Shown: positions 26,403 through 36,069 of the stretch, one piece after another
How the letters are laid out: each line of letters starts with the position of its first letter
How positions within the stretch are numbered: the stretch's first letter is position 1
Source: Hemiscyllium ocellatum
Lineage: Eukaryota
Assembly (NCBI RefSeq): GCF_020745735.1
Contig: NC_083409.1
Coordinates: forward strand, 15,099,873 to 15,163,872
Direction: 5' to 3'
DNA length: 64,000 nt
Notes under the pieces: generated by a model
Told to the model about the DNA's origin: nothing
What the model saw: the letters and a program-made list of their open reading frames with translations, nothing else
The model's database searches: none
Position numbers and translations under genes: made by a program

Positions 26403-26560
26403 GAGCATTCGCGCCAAAAGCGAACGGGCACCGCCCCAACTGAGCGTTCGCGCCAAAAGTCAGCTGGCCCCGCCCAACCTGAGTCTTCACGCCAAAAGCA
26501 AGAAAGCCCGCCAAGAACTAAGGTGACCCGCCCAGAGAAGGGTGACCCGCCAAAACTAGG
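26403..26560. promoter_or_regulatory. 39-bp tandem repeat of E2F site + GC box (candidate internal promoter)
   Basis: TTCGCGCCAAAA 26408-26419 and 26447-26458, TTCACGCCAAAA 26486-26497, each followed by a CCGCC(C) motif; further CCCGCC(A/C) copies to ~26555. Confidence 0.6.
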
Positions 26561-27832
26561 GTCAGCACGGGACACCCCGGGAGTTGCCGTCTTAGGATTC
26601 CACAACCGTAGTGTTATTAAAATAAAAACTCCACCATCCCTTCCTGCACCCCCTCTCTACATCCAGGTATTCCTTCCCAAGTATAAGAGTAATTAAAAGT
26701 GATAGTGGGGGAACAAGCGGTATTTAATCATAAAAATCAAGACGAGACTATGGAGAAAAACCCCAGACCATTAAGTGATCAATCCCAAAACGCTAAGTGT
26801 AGGGAACAACACTCACGTACTCCGACAGCAGTAAAACTGCTTTCGGCTGCTGGGCGGCTTCCCACGGTCCCTCTCCGTCACTCAGGCTGTCGGCGCCGGT
26901 CCACTGTACACCGAGACCTGGGATGAAACATTTGCTGCGACACCTCCGTTCGCCGCGTCTGTTAAAATCACTGCACTCACTCACTCACTCCCTCTCTCAC
27001 TGGGCCGGCCCCACACTGGTTTTCATCCACATACATGCCAACCCACGCATACTGTCGGTGTGTTCGTACTCTCGTCTCAGCCTGTCGCAGTCCCCTGTCC
27101 CCAGTTTTAGTGACATGTTTGGCAGGGGCGTCCGAAATGACTGGGGCTGTCGTGGAGGTACAGTGGCCCCCTTGCCACTGCGGGTTGAATGTGACTAACA
27201 GTTTCGTCTTCCACCCCAGGGATTTATCGGCGGTCAGTGGTGCCCAATCAGTAGGGGGTTTTCCTAGGGCTATTGTTTGCCGCACTGAATATTGCGGCGA
27301 GAGTAGGAGACCGTGTACAATTTTGTTCATTAGCGCCGTATTTGTGAGGGTCTCTTTTAGTTTGGTCAATATCAGGTCTTTCTTTGGGCGGGCGCTTGGT
27401 TAAACACTTGATCCAGTGCTGTCTTGTGCACTGTTACACTGTCCAGTAATAAAAGAGCATGCCAAGTTACGTCTGTGCCCACCGTGAGGTGCCACCAGGG
27501 CACTCCGGGGCGTAATGGTCGAAAGTGGGTCATTTTTGGTGGTCCAAAGTTCAAGTCCCCCATGACGGATCTCACCTGGTGGGTACCACTTTAAAACCAG
27601 TGCGTTTTTCAAAAGCCTGACCTTCGCGTGGCAGATTTCTGCTCTTAACAACCGGTCTAAGGCAAACGCCTGTGCAGGTAAACCCTATCCAGGAGATGAG
27701 ATCCGCCCTCTGTCCCCTTAGGATGCTCGCAGCGAGTGTGTCTATCGATAGTTGTCAGAGATAAAGTGCTTACTAAAAAGAAAGGATCCAATCAGTCAAG
27801 TGCAGTCAGCGCTGTATTAATTAATTTCAGAA

Positions 27833-28436
27833 AGCGTCCAGGTTCCGTAAGCCACGCTTTTACCTTAACTCAGAAAGCTGCGTCCAGGATCCGAAATCCA
27901 CGCATAAACTTTACTGAAAAATCCGCGTCCAGGATCCGAAATCCACGCGTAAAACTCAAACTCAAAAACTGCGTCCAGGATCCGAAATCCACGCATTAAC
28001 TTAACTCAAAAACCGCGTCCAGGATCCGAAATCCACGCGAAAACTCAAACTCAAAAACTGCGTCCAGGATCCGAAATCCACGCATTAACTTAACTCAAAA
28101 ACCGCGTCCAGGATCCGAAATCCACGCGTAAAACTCAAACTCAAAAAGCTGCGTCCAGGATCCGAAATCCACGCATTAACTTAACTCAAAAACCGCGTCC
28201 AGGATCCGAAATCCATGCGTAAAACTCAAACTCAAAAAGCTGCGTCCAGGATCCGAAATCCACGCATTAACTTAACTCAAAAACTGCGTCCAGGATCCGA
28301 AATCCACGCGTAAAACTCAAACTCAAAAAGCTGCGTCCAGGATCCGAAATCCACGCATTAACTTAACTCAAAAACCGCGTCCAGGATCCGAAATCCACGC
28401 GTAAAACTCAACTCAAAAAGCTGCGCATTAACTTAA
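27833..28436 (-). repeat. Leader tandem array: 12 full units of 44-47 bp, alternating A/B (about 91-bp dimer)
   Basis: Core GCGTCCAGGATCCGAAATCCACGC followed by ATTAACTTAACTCAAAAA or GTAAAACTCAAACTCAAAAA(G); degenerate units at both ends. Confidence 0.97.
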
Positions 28437-28732
28437 GGCTAGCCATGGATCAATTAGTCACTTCAGTACCGCGAAAACAGGCAGGTATTAGTGAAGAAGT
28501 GAGAAAATAGCTTACCAGTATGGACTCTGCAACGTTGCTGCCAAACTGATTTAAAAGTACTGTTTGTGTTGGTGAGGATCAGGGAGCAGACAAAGACTGA
28601 CTAACTAAAAAGTTTACCTACTGGAAGTCTTTGCTTTAACAGGTGCTTCCTGACCTTTTAAAAGTTCGGCCGAAAGTTTGTCTGCCCTCTGGTCCGCCAA
28701 CGTGGCCAATCTTACGGTCATCTCTTTCCCTT

Positions 28733-28751
28733 CCCACGTTCAGGCTCACCA
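28733..28751 (-). other. Primer-binding-site-like sequence
   Basis: Minus TGGTGAGCCTGAACGTGGG starts 2 nt after the 5' LTR; shares TGG and AACGTGGG with tRNA-Lys1,2 PBS but is not a clean match. Confidence 0.6.
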
Positions 28752-28753
28752 TC

Positions 28754-29541
28754 TGTTGAGACGGAAACCGAATGGTCTCGTCTCTACGTGTTCGTTGGAA
28801 GGAGAGATCAAACCGGCTAGAGTTTGGAGCAAAAACACCGTTTATTACAGAATCAAAACTGGCAAACTATACAACGAATTCAAAAGCATGCAAATTCGTT
28901 GGAGAAGGCGTTCTGACTCTCCCTTCGGATCTGGTGCAGTTATACTTCGCGCTTCCTCGAGTTCCCGGTCAGGTTCCCCTTGTTCGGCTCTTTCATTGGT
29001 CGGTTCACCTGTCTGTGAAGGGATTAGTGTCTCTATTGGCTGCCCCGAGATACCTGTCCCACTCCTGCTGTGCCGAACAATGGGTAGACATCCTAGGTTC
29101 GGCAGTTTCCGATCTTGTAAATTAAAAGTTTATTGTTGGAAGGGTTTCCTCATTGCTATGCGCCTGGCTGTCTGGGTGTTCACAATAGTTCTCCATAGTT
29201 GAATATACAGATATTATCATTTAACATAGGACCCGAATGAGTTTGACGTCAGCGGAGGCATTAGCAAGTACTTTATCAATCAAGTGTAGTATCGGTGCGA
29301 TTTACACTATCCGATAGTTACCGGTTTCCTTTATTAACAATGAAAGTGTAACAGGATGATCTGAAACTGACGGACATGTTCTAATCCCCCAGGAATGTGG
29401 CCCCAGGCAGACAGTCCTGCAGTGGCTGGGTTTACTTTACATGGCTGTGTTTTAGCTGGTATCTGACAGTGTCTGCTTTAATAATGGTGCTCCCCTCCCT
29501 AGCCCCAATGTAGGTACCCAGATAGCAGATTCTCCCCAACA
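28754..29541 (-). repeat. 5' LTR (788 bp) with retroviral-type promoter
   Basis: In minus order: CRE TGACGTCA 29244-29251, CCAAT 29035-29039 and 28995-28999, TATAA 28940-28944, AATAAA 28841-28846. Confidence 0.95.
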
Positions 29542-29619
29542 CATTGAAACAGTGTAGCTTGTCAAACAAAACTGTCTGTAAATGTCTTTGGAACACCCTG
29601 AAATGTTAAGGGCTGGATT

Positions 29620-30150
29620 GATGCCCATATCCCTCTAAACTTTTCCTATTTACATATCCATGCCTTTTAAATGTTGTAATTGTACCAGCCATCACCACCT
29701 CCTCTGGCAGCTCATTTCATACATTTAACACCCTCTGAATGAAAACGTTGTGCCTTAGGTCCCTTTTACTTTTTACCCTGTCACCTTCAACCTATGCCCT
29801 CCAGTTCTGGACTCCCCTGCTCTGGAGAAAAGATCTTTCTATTCACCCTATCTATGCCGCTCATGATTTTATAAACCTCTATACGGTCACCCATCAACCT
29901 GCAATGATCCAGGGAAAACAGCCTCAGCCTATTCAGCCTCTCCTTTTCACGCAAACCCTTGGCAACATCATTGCAAATCTTTTCTGAACCATTTTAAGAT
30001 TCAAAACATTTTTCCTACAGCAGGGAGACCAGAATTGCACACAGTATTCCAAAAGTGCCCTAACAGATGTCCTGTACAGCCGCAACAGCTCCCAACTCCA
30101 ATACCAAATGAAATGACTTTGTCACCTCCCTCCCCACCTGCAACTCCACT
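29620..30150 (-). mobile_element. CR1 3' fragment
   Basis: Antisense of HFWNTVCNSGLP/LEY-type and LRVDRIEVYK-type CR1 motifs. Confidence 0.75.
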
Positions 30151-30179
30151 TTCAGGGAACTATTCTTTTTTTGGATGAA

Positions 30180-30410
30180 CTGAGAGTCTTTCAATTGTGA
30201 AAGATGCCATTCCATGGCACTATTGGATGAAGAGCAGGCAGTTCCCTCTGGTGTCCCTGATCCATATATATCCCTCAGGCAAAATCACTAAAAGTCTGTT
30301 TCTCTGCTAATTATCATACTGTGTTTGGGATCTCGCTGTGCACATTCTGCTGGAAAGAGCCATTGGGACATCCTGAGTTGGGGACACGTGCTACACAAAT
30401 GCAAGTCTTC
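30180..30410 (+). mobile_element. DeuSINE remnant
   Basis: ccatggcactattggatgaagagcagg..ggtgtccc..atatatccctca and gggatctcgctgtgcaca...ctacacaaatgcaagtc resemble the Deu domain and tail. Confidence 0.6.
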
Positions 30411-32584
30411 CTTTAAGGTTGGGGTCTCCTGATCCAGATCCTCATCCATTGTCTGCGCACTCTCACCTTCCAGGGGTCATGTGTTCATTTGGAGCAGTAC
30501 CCCTGTCTGACCCCAGGACATTGAAACTCTTTGCAGCCTCACCCTTGACCTCAGCCCAACAGTGTGCAGCAGGGTTTGAAATGTAATCTAGAACATTCTA
30601 AACAGACACCCCAATGTGACTCCTTCCTGAAATGTTTGGATCCAAGTCTGCTCCAATGTTCTTGGATAAAGTTCGCCTGGTCTGTGGGGGTGATCGGAGG
30701 TTTGTTAAAGAGATATCGAGCAATATCCCACTTTCCAGCTCTTGCTCCAAAGCTCTGGAGGTTTCGCTGTTGAAGTGAATGTCCAAGTATTTTCTCAATG
30801 TGAGATCAGTGTTTCTGCCTCTCCCACCCTTTCAGACAGTGAGTCCCATATACCACCAACCTCTGGGTGAAAACAAATACCCTCAACTCCCCTCTAACCC
30901 TGCCCCCAACTGATTTCAATCTCTCCCCATGGTTATTGCCCTCGGTGCTGGTGGAAATCAGTCCTTCCTACCCACTCTGTCCAGGCCCCTCATCATTTTA
31001 CACACCACCGTCAAATCTCCCCTCAGCCACCTCTGTTCCAACGAAAACACTCCCAAAAAACCAATTTTTCCTCAAAGCTCAAAGTCCCCATTCCAGACAA
31101 ACTCCTCCTCTGTCCTGGTCTCTCGAGGGATCACATCCTTCCTGTAATGTGGTGACCAGAACCGTACACAGTTCCCTCACTGTGCTCTAACTGGGGTTTT
31201 ATACAGTTCCAGAATAAACAAACTTCTTGCTTTCACAGTCAACCAAAAATGAGATAAAGGAGGTGATGGTCTAATGGTGTTATTGCTGAGCTGTTAATCC
31301 AGAGATCCAGATAATGTTCTGGGGACCAGGGTTAGAATCCAGCAGATGGTGGCATTCAAATTCAATCAAAAAATGCAATTAGGAGTCTAATGACGACCTT
31401 GAAACCATTGTTGATTGTCAGGAAAATTCATCTGATTCCCTAATGTCCTTTTGGGAAAAATAAATGCCATCCTTACCATGTGACCCCAGACCCACAGCAA
31501 TGTGGTTGACTCTAAACTGCCCTCTGGGTGATTATCGATGGGCAATACATGCTGCTGATCCAGCAATGCCCTCATTCCATCAAGGGAAAATGAAGAACAG
31601 TTTATCCCATGTGTCGTCTTACCACCTTACTGACCTGTATTCATTAATCACCACGGCCACATCTTCCAACTCCAAACACATCTGACTTCCAGCTTCAAAT
31701 TGGCAAGAGACATTCCTTCATTATCTCAGAAACAGATAGAAATATCCAAACTATGAGCAGCAGTAGGCCATTCGGCCTGTCAAGCCTGCTCCACCATTCA
31801 ATATGATCATGGCTTATCATCCAACACAGTCCCCTGTTCCTGCTTTCTCCCCACATTCTTTGATCCTTTTAATCCAAAGAAATATATTTAATTCCTTATT
31901 GAATACATACTTCATCTAAATCCCTCTTGCTAGAAAAATGGGTGACAATTATTGGGTTGTTGTTTTTTGACCAGTATGGACACAATGGGCTGATGGGCCT
32001 TTTGGGTCTCTCTGACTCTTTGACTCTATTACTATATACTATGAATAACTGAGTACCAAGGACTGACACGTGTGGTACCCCAACTGGTAACTACCTGTCA
32101 TTCAGAAAAAGACTCATTCTTTCTGTCCTATCTGCCAACCAGTTCCCAATCCATGTCAGTACATGATCCCCAACCCTCTTGTTTATTTGGTCTAGATCTG
32201 GGAGTCCCACCCTTACTCATTGTGGGAACAGATTCTGAATGATCTTTGTCTCATCCTTCGAGGGCCCTCATTGTCTTGTCACTGATTTCCCATCATACCG
32301 CTGGTTATCGTCCACTTTTACCAAAGCACCACACAGTTGAGTAAAATAAAAACTTTTAACCTTGCTCCATGGTTCTCCATTTCCCTACTCTCAATCTCAC
32401 TGAGTTCTGATCACTGTCACTAAAATGCTCCCCCGTTGATAGCCCTTCCAGCTGCCCACAGTCATTTTATAAACAATGGTCCAAAACTGTCCCTTCTCTC
32501 TATGCTACTTCACCATCACCTTCTCAGGGGCAATTAGCGATGGGTAATAAATGTTGGCCCTGCCAGTGACACTCACATCCCAAG

Positions 32585-33600
32585 AAGCAATTTGAATAAT
32601 GCCTGGTCATTTATTGGGTTTATTCTGTATTGACGACAAATGTTCAAAAAGATTGTATCGACAGTGAAGGGTTGAGTTCCCTTCCAGTGGCAGGAATTAA
32701 ATTGCTTCTCTTGTCTTTCAAGCCGCGGGAACTCTCAGCCCAAGCTGACCCTGCTGCCCCCCTCCCGGAGCAGGTCAATGCCAAGGGCACTGCCACCCTG
32801 GTGTGCCTTGCCAATCACTTCTATCCCTAATGAGCTGGAGGTGCAGTGGAAGAAGGACGGTGCAGTCATTTCGATCGGGGATCAGACCAGCAACTACCTG
32901 CGAGCTTCGCACAGCACTGACAGTGTCAGCAGCCTGCTGACCTTCTCTGGGTCTGACTGGGAGTCCAACGCTCGCTTCTTCTGTGCCTTCACCCACATTA
33001 CCCTCCCCTCTCCCCTCAGCAAGAGCATCAGGAGATCAGAATGTGTGTAGAGTGTTTGAGACAGTCCACAGAGGAGCCACAACTTTAAATAGGACAGGGC
33101 TGAGCTGGCAGGACAAAGGTCATTGTCAGCACTAAATTTCATCTCTCTTCCTTCTCAGGACTGCTCAGAGACACTTCTGAGATTTGGATGTTAAAGCAGG
33201 TCATTGAGATAGTGATGAGAGAGCTTTATTCTATGTCAAACCTCATACTGTCCTTGTCCTGGGAGTGTTTGATGGGGACAGGATTGTCATGTGATGTCAG
33301 CTGTACAAAACAATGTGAACCTCAGAAGTCTCTGCTTCAGTTAACCAGATCTCCTTCCTGCTCAGCTGCCATTTCCAGTTTAAGGTTTTATCACTGATTA
33401 AAGGGACAGGATTCTCGTGTTATTGTGAAAATCTCTCCAAGTGTTTTCCTCAAGCTCCATTGTGGCTGTGAATTTGAGCAGCTTCCTCTGTCTGGGCTGT
33501 TAATTGCAGTTGTTCCTTTCTGTCAATGTTAATGTGGAAAAGGGAAGAAAGGTGAAGATTCAGTCTCTGTCTCTGTCTGCTTTGTAAATAGCTGACTTCC
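32585..33600 (+). repeat. Inverted segmental duplication arm A1 (partner 46500-47640)
   Basis: C exon plus ~130 bp upstream and ~550 bp downstream align to the reverse complement of 46500-47640. Confidence 0.9.
32722..33050 (+). pseudogene. IGKC: Ig kappa constant-region pseudogene
   Basis: About 90% similar to the intact C at 47181-47509; acceptor CAG changed to CAA (32719-32721), -1 nt near 32765 and +1 nt near 32828. Confidence 0.93.
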
Positions 33601-33899
33601 ACCTCTCAGTTGATTGGCTGTATTTCAGCAGGTCCTTGTCACAATTGGTTACTTGGCCTGTCAATCAATTACAATTATCAATCATCAGTCATTTTCAAAT
33701 GATCCCTTTGATCAGGAATTTATGTAGATTCCAAAAAGGACAGAAACTGAAAGCTGTTAGTACTCAATAAGTGCAATCTGATGCATTCCCTCTTCACTCT
33801 GTTGGTCCAGAACCAGCTGATGGGGTTGAACTGAGCAATCCCTGCTGCATGTCGGATAGCCCCTGAAACAATCTTTGGCCATTCACAGACATTGTTGGC

Positions 33900-34550
33900 T
33901 GTGTGTATCTCTGAGTGTGAGTGTTTAACTTAATACTGCCTGTCGATGTCTCTCTGAGTGTGGGTGTGTTACGAAGAGAGACACCCACAGACAGCGAGAC
34001 ACCTATCCACAGCATGGAGTGTGAGTGTGTTACACAGTGCTGCCTGTCTCACAGAGTGCATGTGTTACTTAGTGCTGCCTGGAGGTGTTTCTCTCAGTGT
34101 AAGTGTGTTACTCTGTTAAAAATCACACAACACCAGGTTATAGTCCAACAGGTTTAATTGGAAGCACACTAGCTTTGGGAGCGACACTCCTTCATCGGGT
34201 GATAGTGGAGGGCTCGATCGTAACACAGATTTTGTTACGAACTGTGTTACGATCATAATTCTGTATTACAATCGAGCCCTCCACGATCACCTGATGAAGG
34301 AGCAGCACTCTGAAAGCTAGTGTGCTTCCAATTAAACCTGTTGGACTATAACCTGGTGTTGTGCGATTTTTAACTGAGTACACCCCAGTCTAACACCGAC
34401 ATCTCCAAATCCTGTCTCTCAGAGTGCATGTGTTACTGAGTGCTGCCTGTAGGTGTCTCTCTCAGTGTGAGTGTGTTACTCTGTGCTGCCTGGAGGTGTC
34501 TCTCTCAGTGTGAGTGTGTTACTCTGTGCTGCCTGTAGGTGTCTCTCTGA
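33900..34550. repeat. ~41-bp minisatellite (ctctcagtgtgagtgtgttactctgtgctgcctggaggtgt)
   Basis: Several degenerate units, interrupted by the insertion at 34115-34409. Confidence 0.85.
34115..34409. mobile_element. Palindromic Penelope-type pLTR pair with hammerhead core
   Basis: Long inverted repeat gttaaaaatcacacaacaccaggttatagtcc... / ...ggactataacctggtgttgtgcgatttttaac; CTGATGA..GAAA core at 34291-34319. Confidence 0.8.
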
Positions 34551-35604
34551 GGTCTGTGTCTCCGAGCGATGGATTGGGAATGGGCTTTGTGCTGGGGATT
34601 GAAGATCAGGCTTTAATCTTCTCAAATCATGAATGAAAAACGGTACATCTGATTCAGTCTGAGATGGCAACTCATTCAGATGGCCAAAGTTAAAAATCAC
34701 ACAACACCAGGTTATTGTCAAACGGGGTTTATTTCAAAGTAGAAGCTTGCAGAGCACTGATCCTTCATTACATACCTGGAGGGCAGGATTATTGGACACA
34801 GAATTTACAGTGAAATTGAGAAGGTAGTGGGCACTGTGCCCCCCAATGTGTTGCTCAATTACAAGGGGATTTTCTGAATCCAGAGTCAGAGCAGTCATGA
34901 CTTCCTGCCCAGCCAATGCTGGCTCCCCATAGTCACATTTCAGAGGTTAATTAACCCAAACCTAGGTGCAGCAAAATTATCCTACAGGGAGGTGAGCTGT
35001 CTAAGTGAGGGACGGAGTTGAATTCTTGAAACCCCAACAATTCTCTCCCCCTGCCCCAGCTGCGATGACCTTCAGGTTAAAAGTGGGACTATGCTCTTCT
35101 GGGATGATGACCACATTCCTGGGTGATGGAAGGAAAGCCAACCTCTCCCAAAGGCAGCATAAGCTGGATCGAAGATGAAACAAGAGTAAGCATGGGGAGA
35201 TTGAGGGTGACAGAAGGAGGGGGTTGGTTGGCAGGTTGTTATTCAGAGTCAAGTCCCAGAGTATCAGTCCTTCCGACATGCCCCTTTTTATCTGTCATCC
35301 AGGGCTCCCTGATTGTACAAAGTTAACTGTCCCTGTCAGAGAACTCATATTTTATCAAAAAGAATAAAACATTCATTGAACCAAGGAGCACAAGAACTCA
35401 ACGACACTAGACAAAATGAATGGTTTGAAAGATTTCATACGGACATCACAAACGAGATTTGAAAAAGGGCTTAGTCACTCAGTGGGTTGTGGGAATCTGG
35501 AATGGACTGTCATAGAATCCTTACAGTGAGAAAACAGGCCCTTTGGCCCAACAAGTCCACACTGACTCTTCAAAGAGTTACCCACCCAAGTCGTCTTATC
35601 TTAT

Positions 35605-36060
35605 TACTCTGCCTCACAGCGCCAGAGACCCGGGGTTGAATTCCCACCTCAGGTGACTCTCTGTGTCGAGTTTGCACATTTTCCACGTGTCTGCATGGAT
35701 TTCCTCCAGGTGCTCCGGTTTTCTCCCACAATCCAAAAATGTGCAGTTAGATGAATTGGCCTGGCTAAATTGCCCGTAGTGTTAGGTTAATGGGTAAAGG
35801 TAGGAGAATGGGTCTGAGTGGGTGATGGGTCGGCGTGGACTTGTTGGGCTGAAGGGTCCGTTTCCACACTGTAAGTAATCTAATCTAAAATCCTTGATCA
35901 CTGTAGGCAATTTAGCATTGCCAATTCATCTAACCTGCATGTCTTTAGATTGTGGGAGGAAAACAGAATACCCAGAGGAAATCCACACCGACATGGGGAA
36001 GACATTATAACTCCACACAGACAGTTGCCTGAAGCTGGAATCGAACCTGGGTCAAAACAC
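35605..36060. mobile_element. Two V-SINE (HE1-like) copies in opposite orientations
   Basis: V-domain gagtttgcacattttcc..gtctgcatggatttcctccaggtgctccggtt on + and its reverse complement at ~35960-36050. Confidence 0.8.
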
Positions 36061-36069
36061 TTGGATCAG

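Larger units (their letters stand above)
20307..29541 (-). mobile_element. Young non-autonomous endogenous retrovirus-like LTR element (9.2 kb, no recognisable gag/pol/env)
   Basis: Two TGTTG...CAACA LTRs, 4-bp TSD CATT (20303-20306 and 29542-29545), PPT next to the left LTR and TGG-starting PBS-like site next to the right LTR define minus orientation; longest internal ORF is 193 aa. Confidence 0.95.

Noticed and set aside
27833-28436. CRISPR-like interpretation of the leader array
   Set aside because: Spacers alternate between two fixed sequences, the context is eukaryotic, and no cas genes are present.
20307-29541. Classifying the element as a foamy virus
   Set aside because: The PBS is not a clean Lys1,2 match, there is a 2-nt gap between PPT and LTR, and no pol is present for placement.
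30445-30525. tttggagcagtacccctgtctgac as a decayed J (FGAGTRL-like)
   Set aside because: Requires indels, has no credible RSS or donor, and chance similarity is likely.
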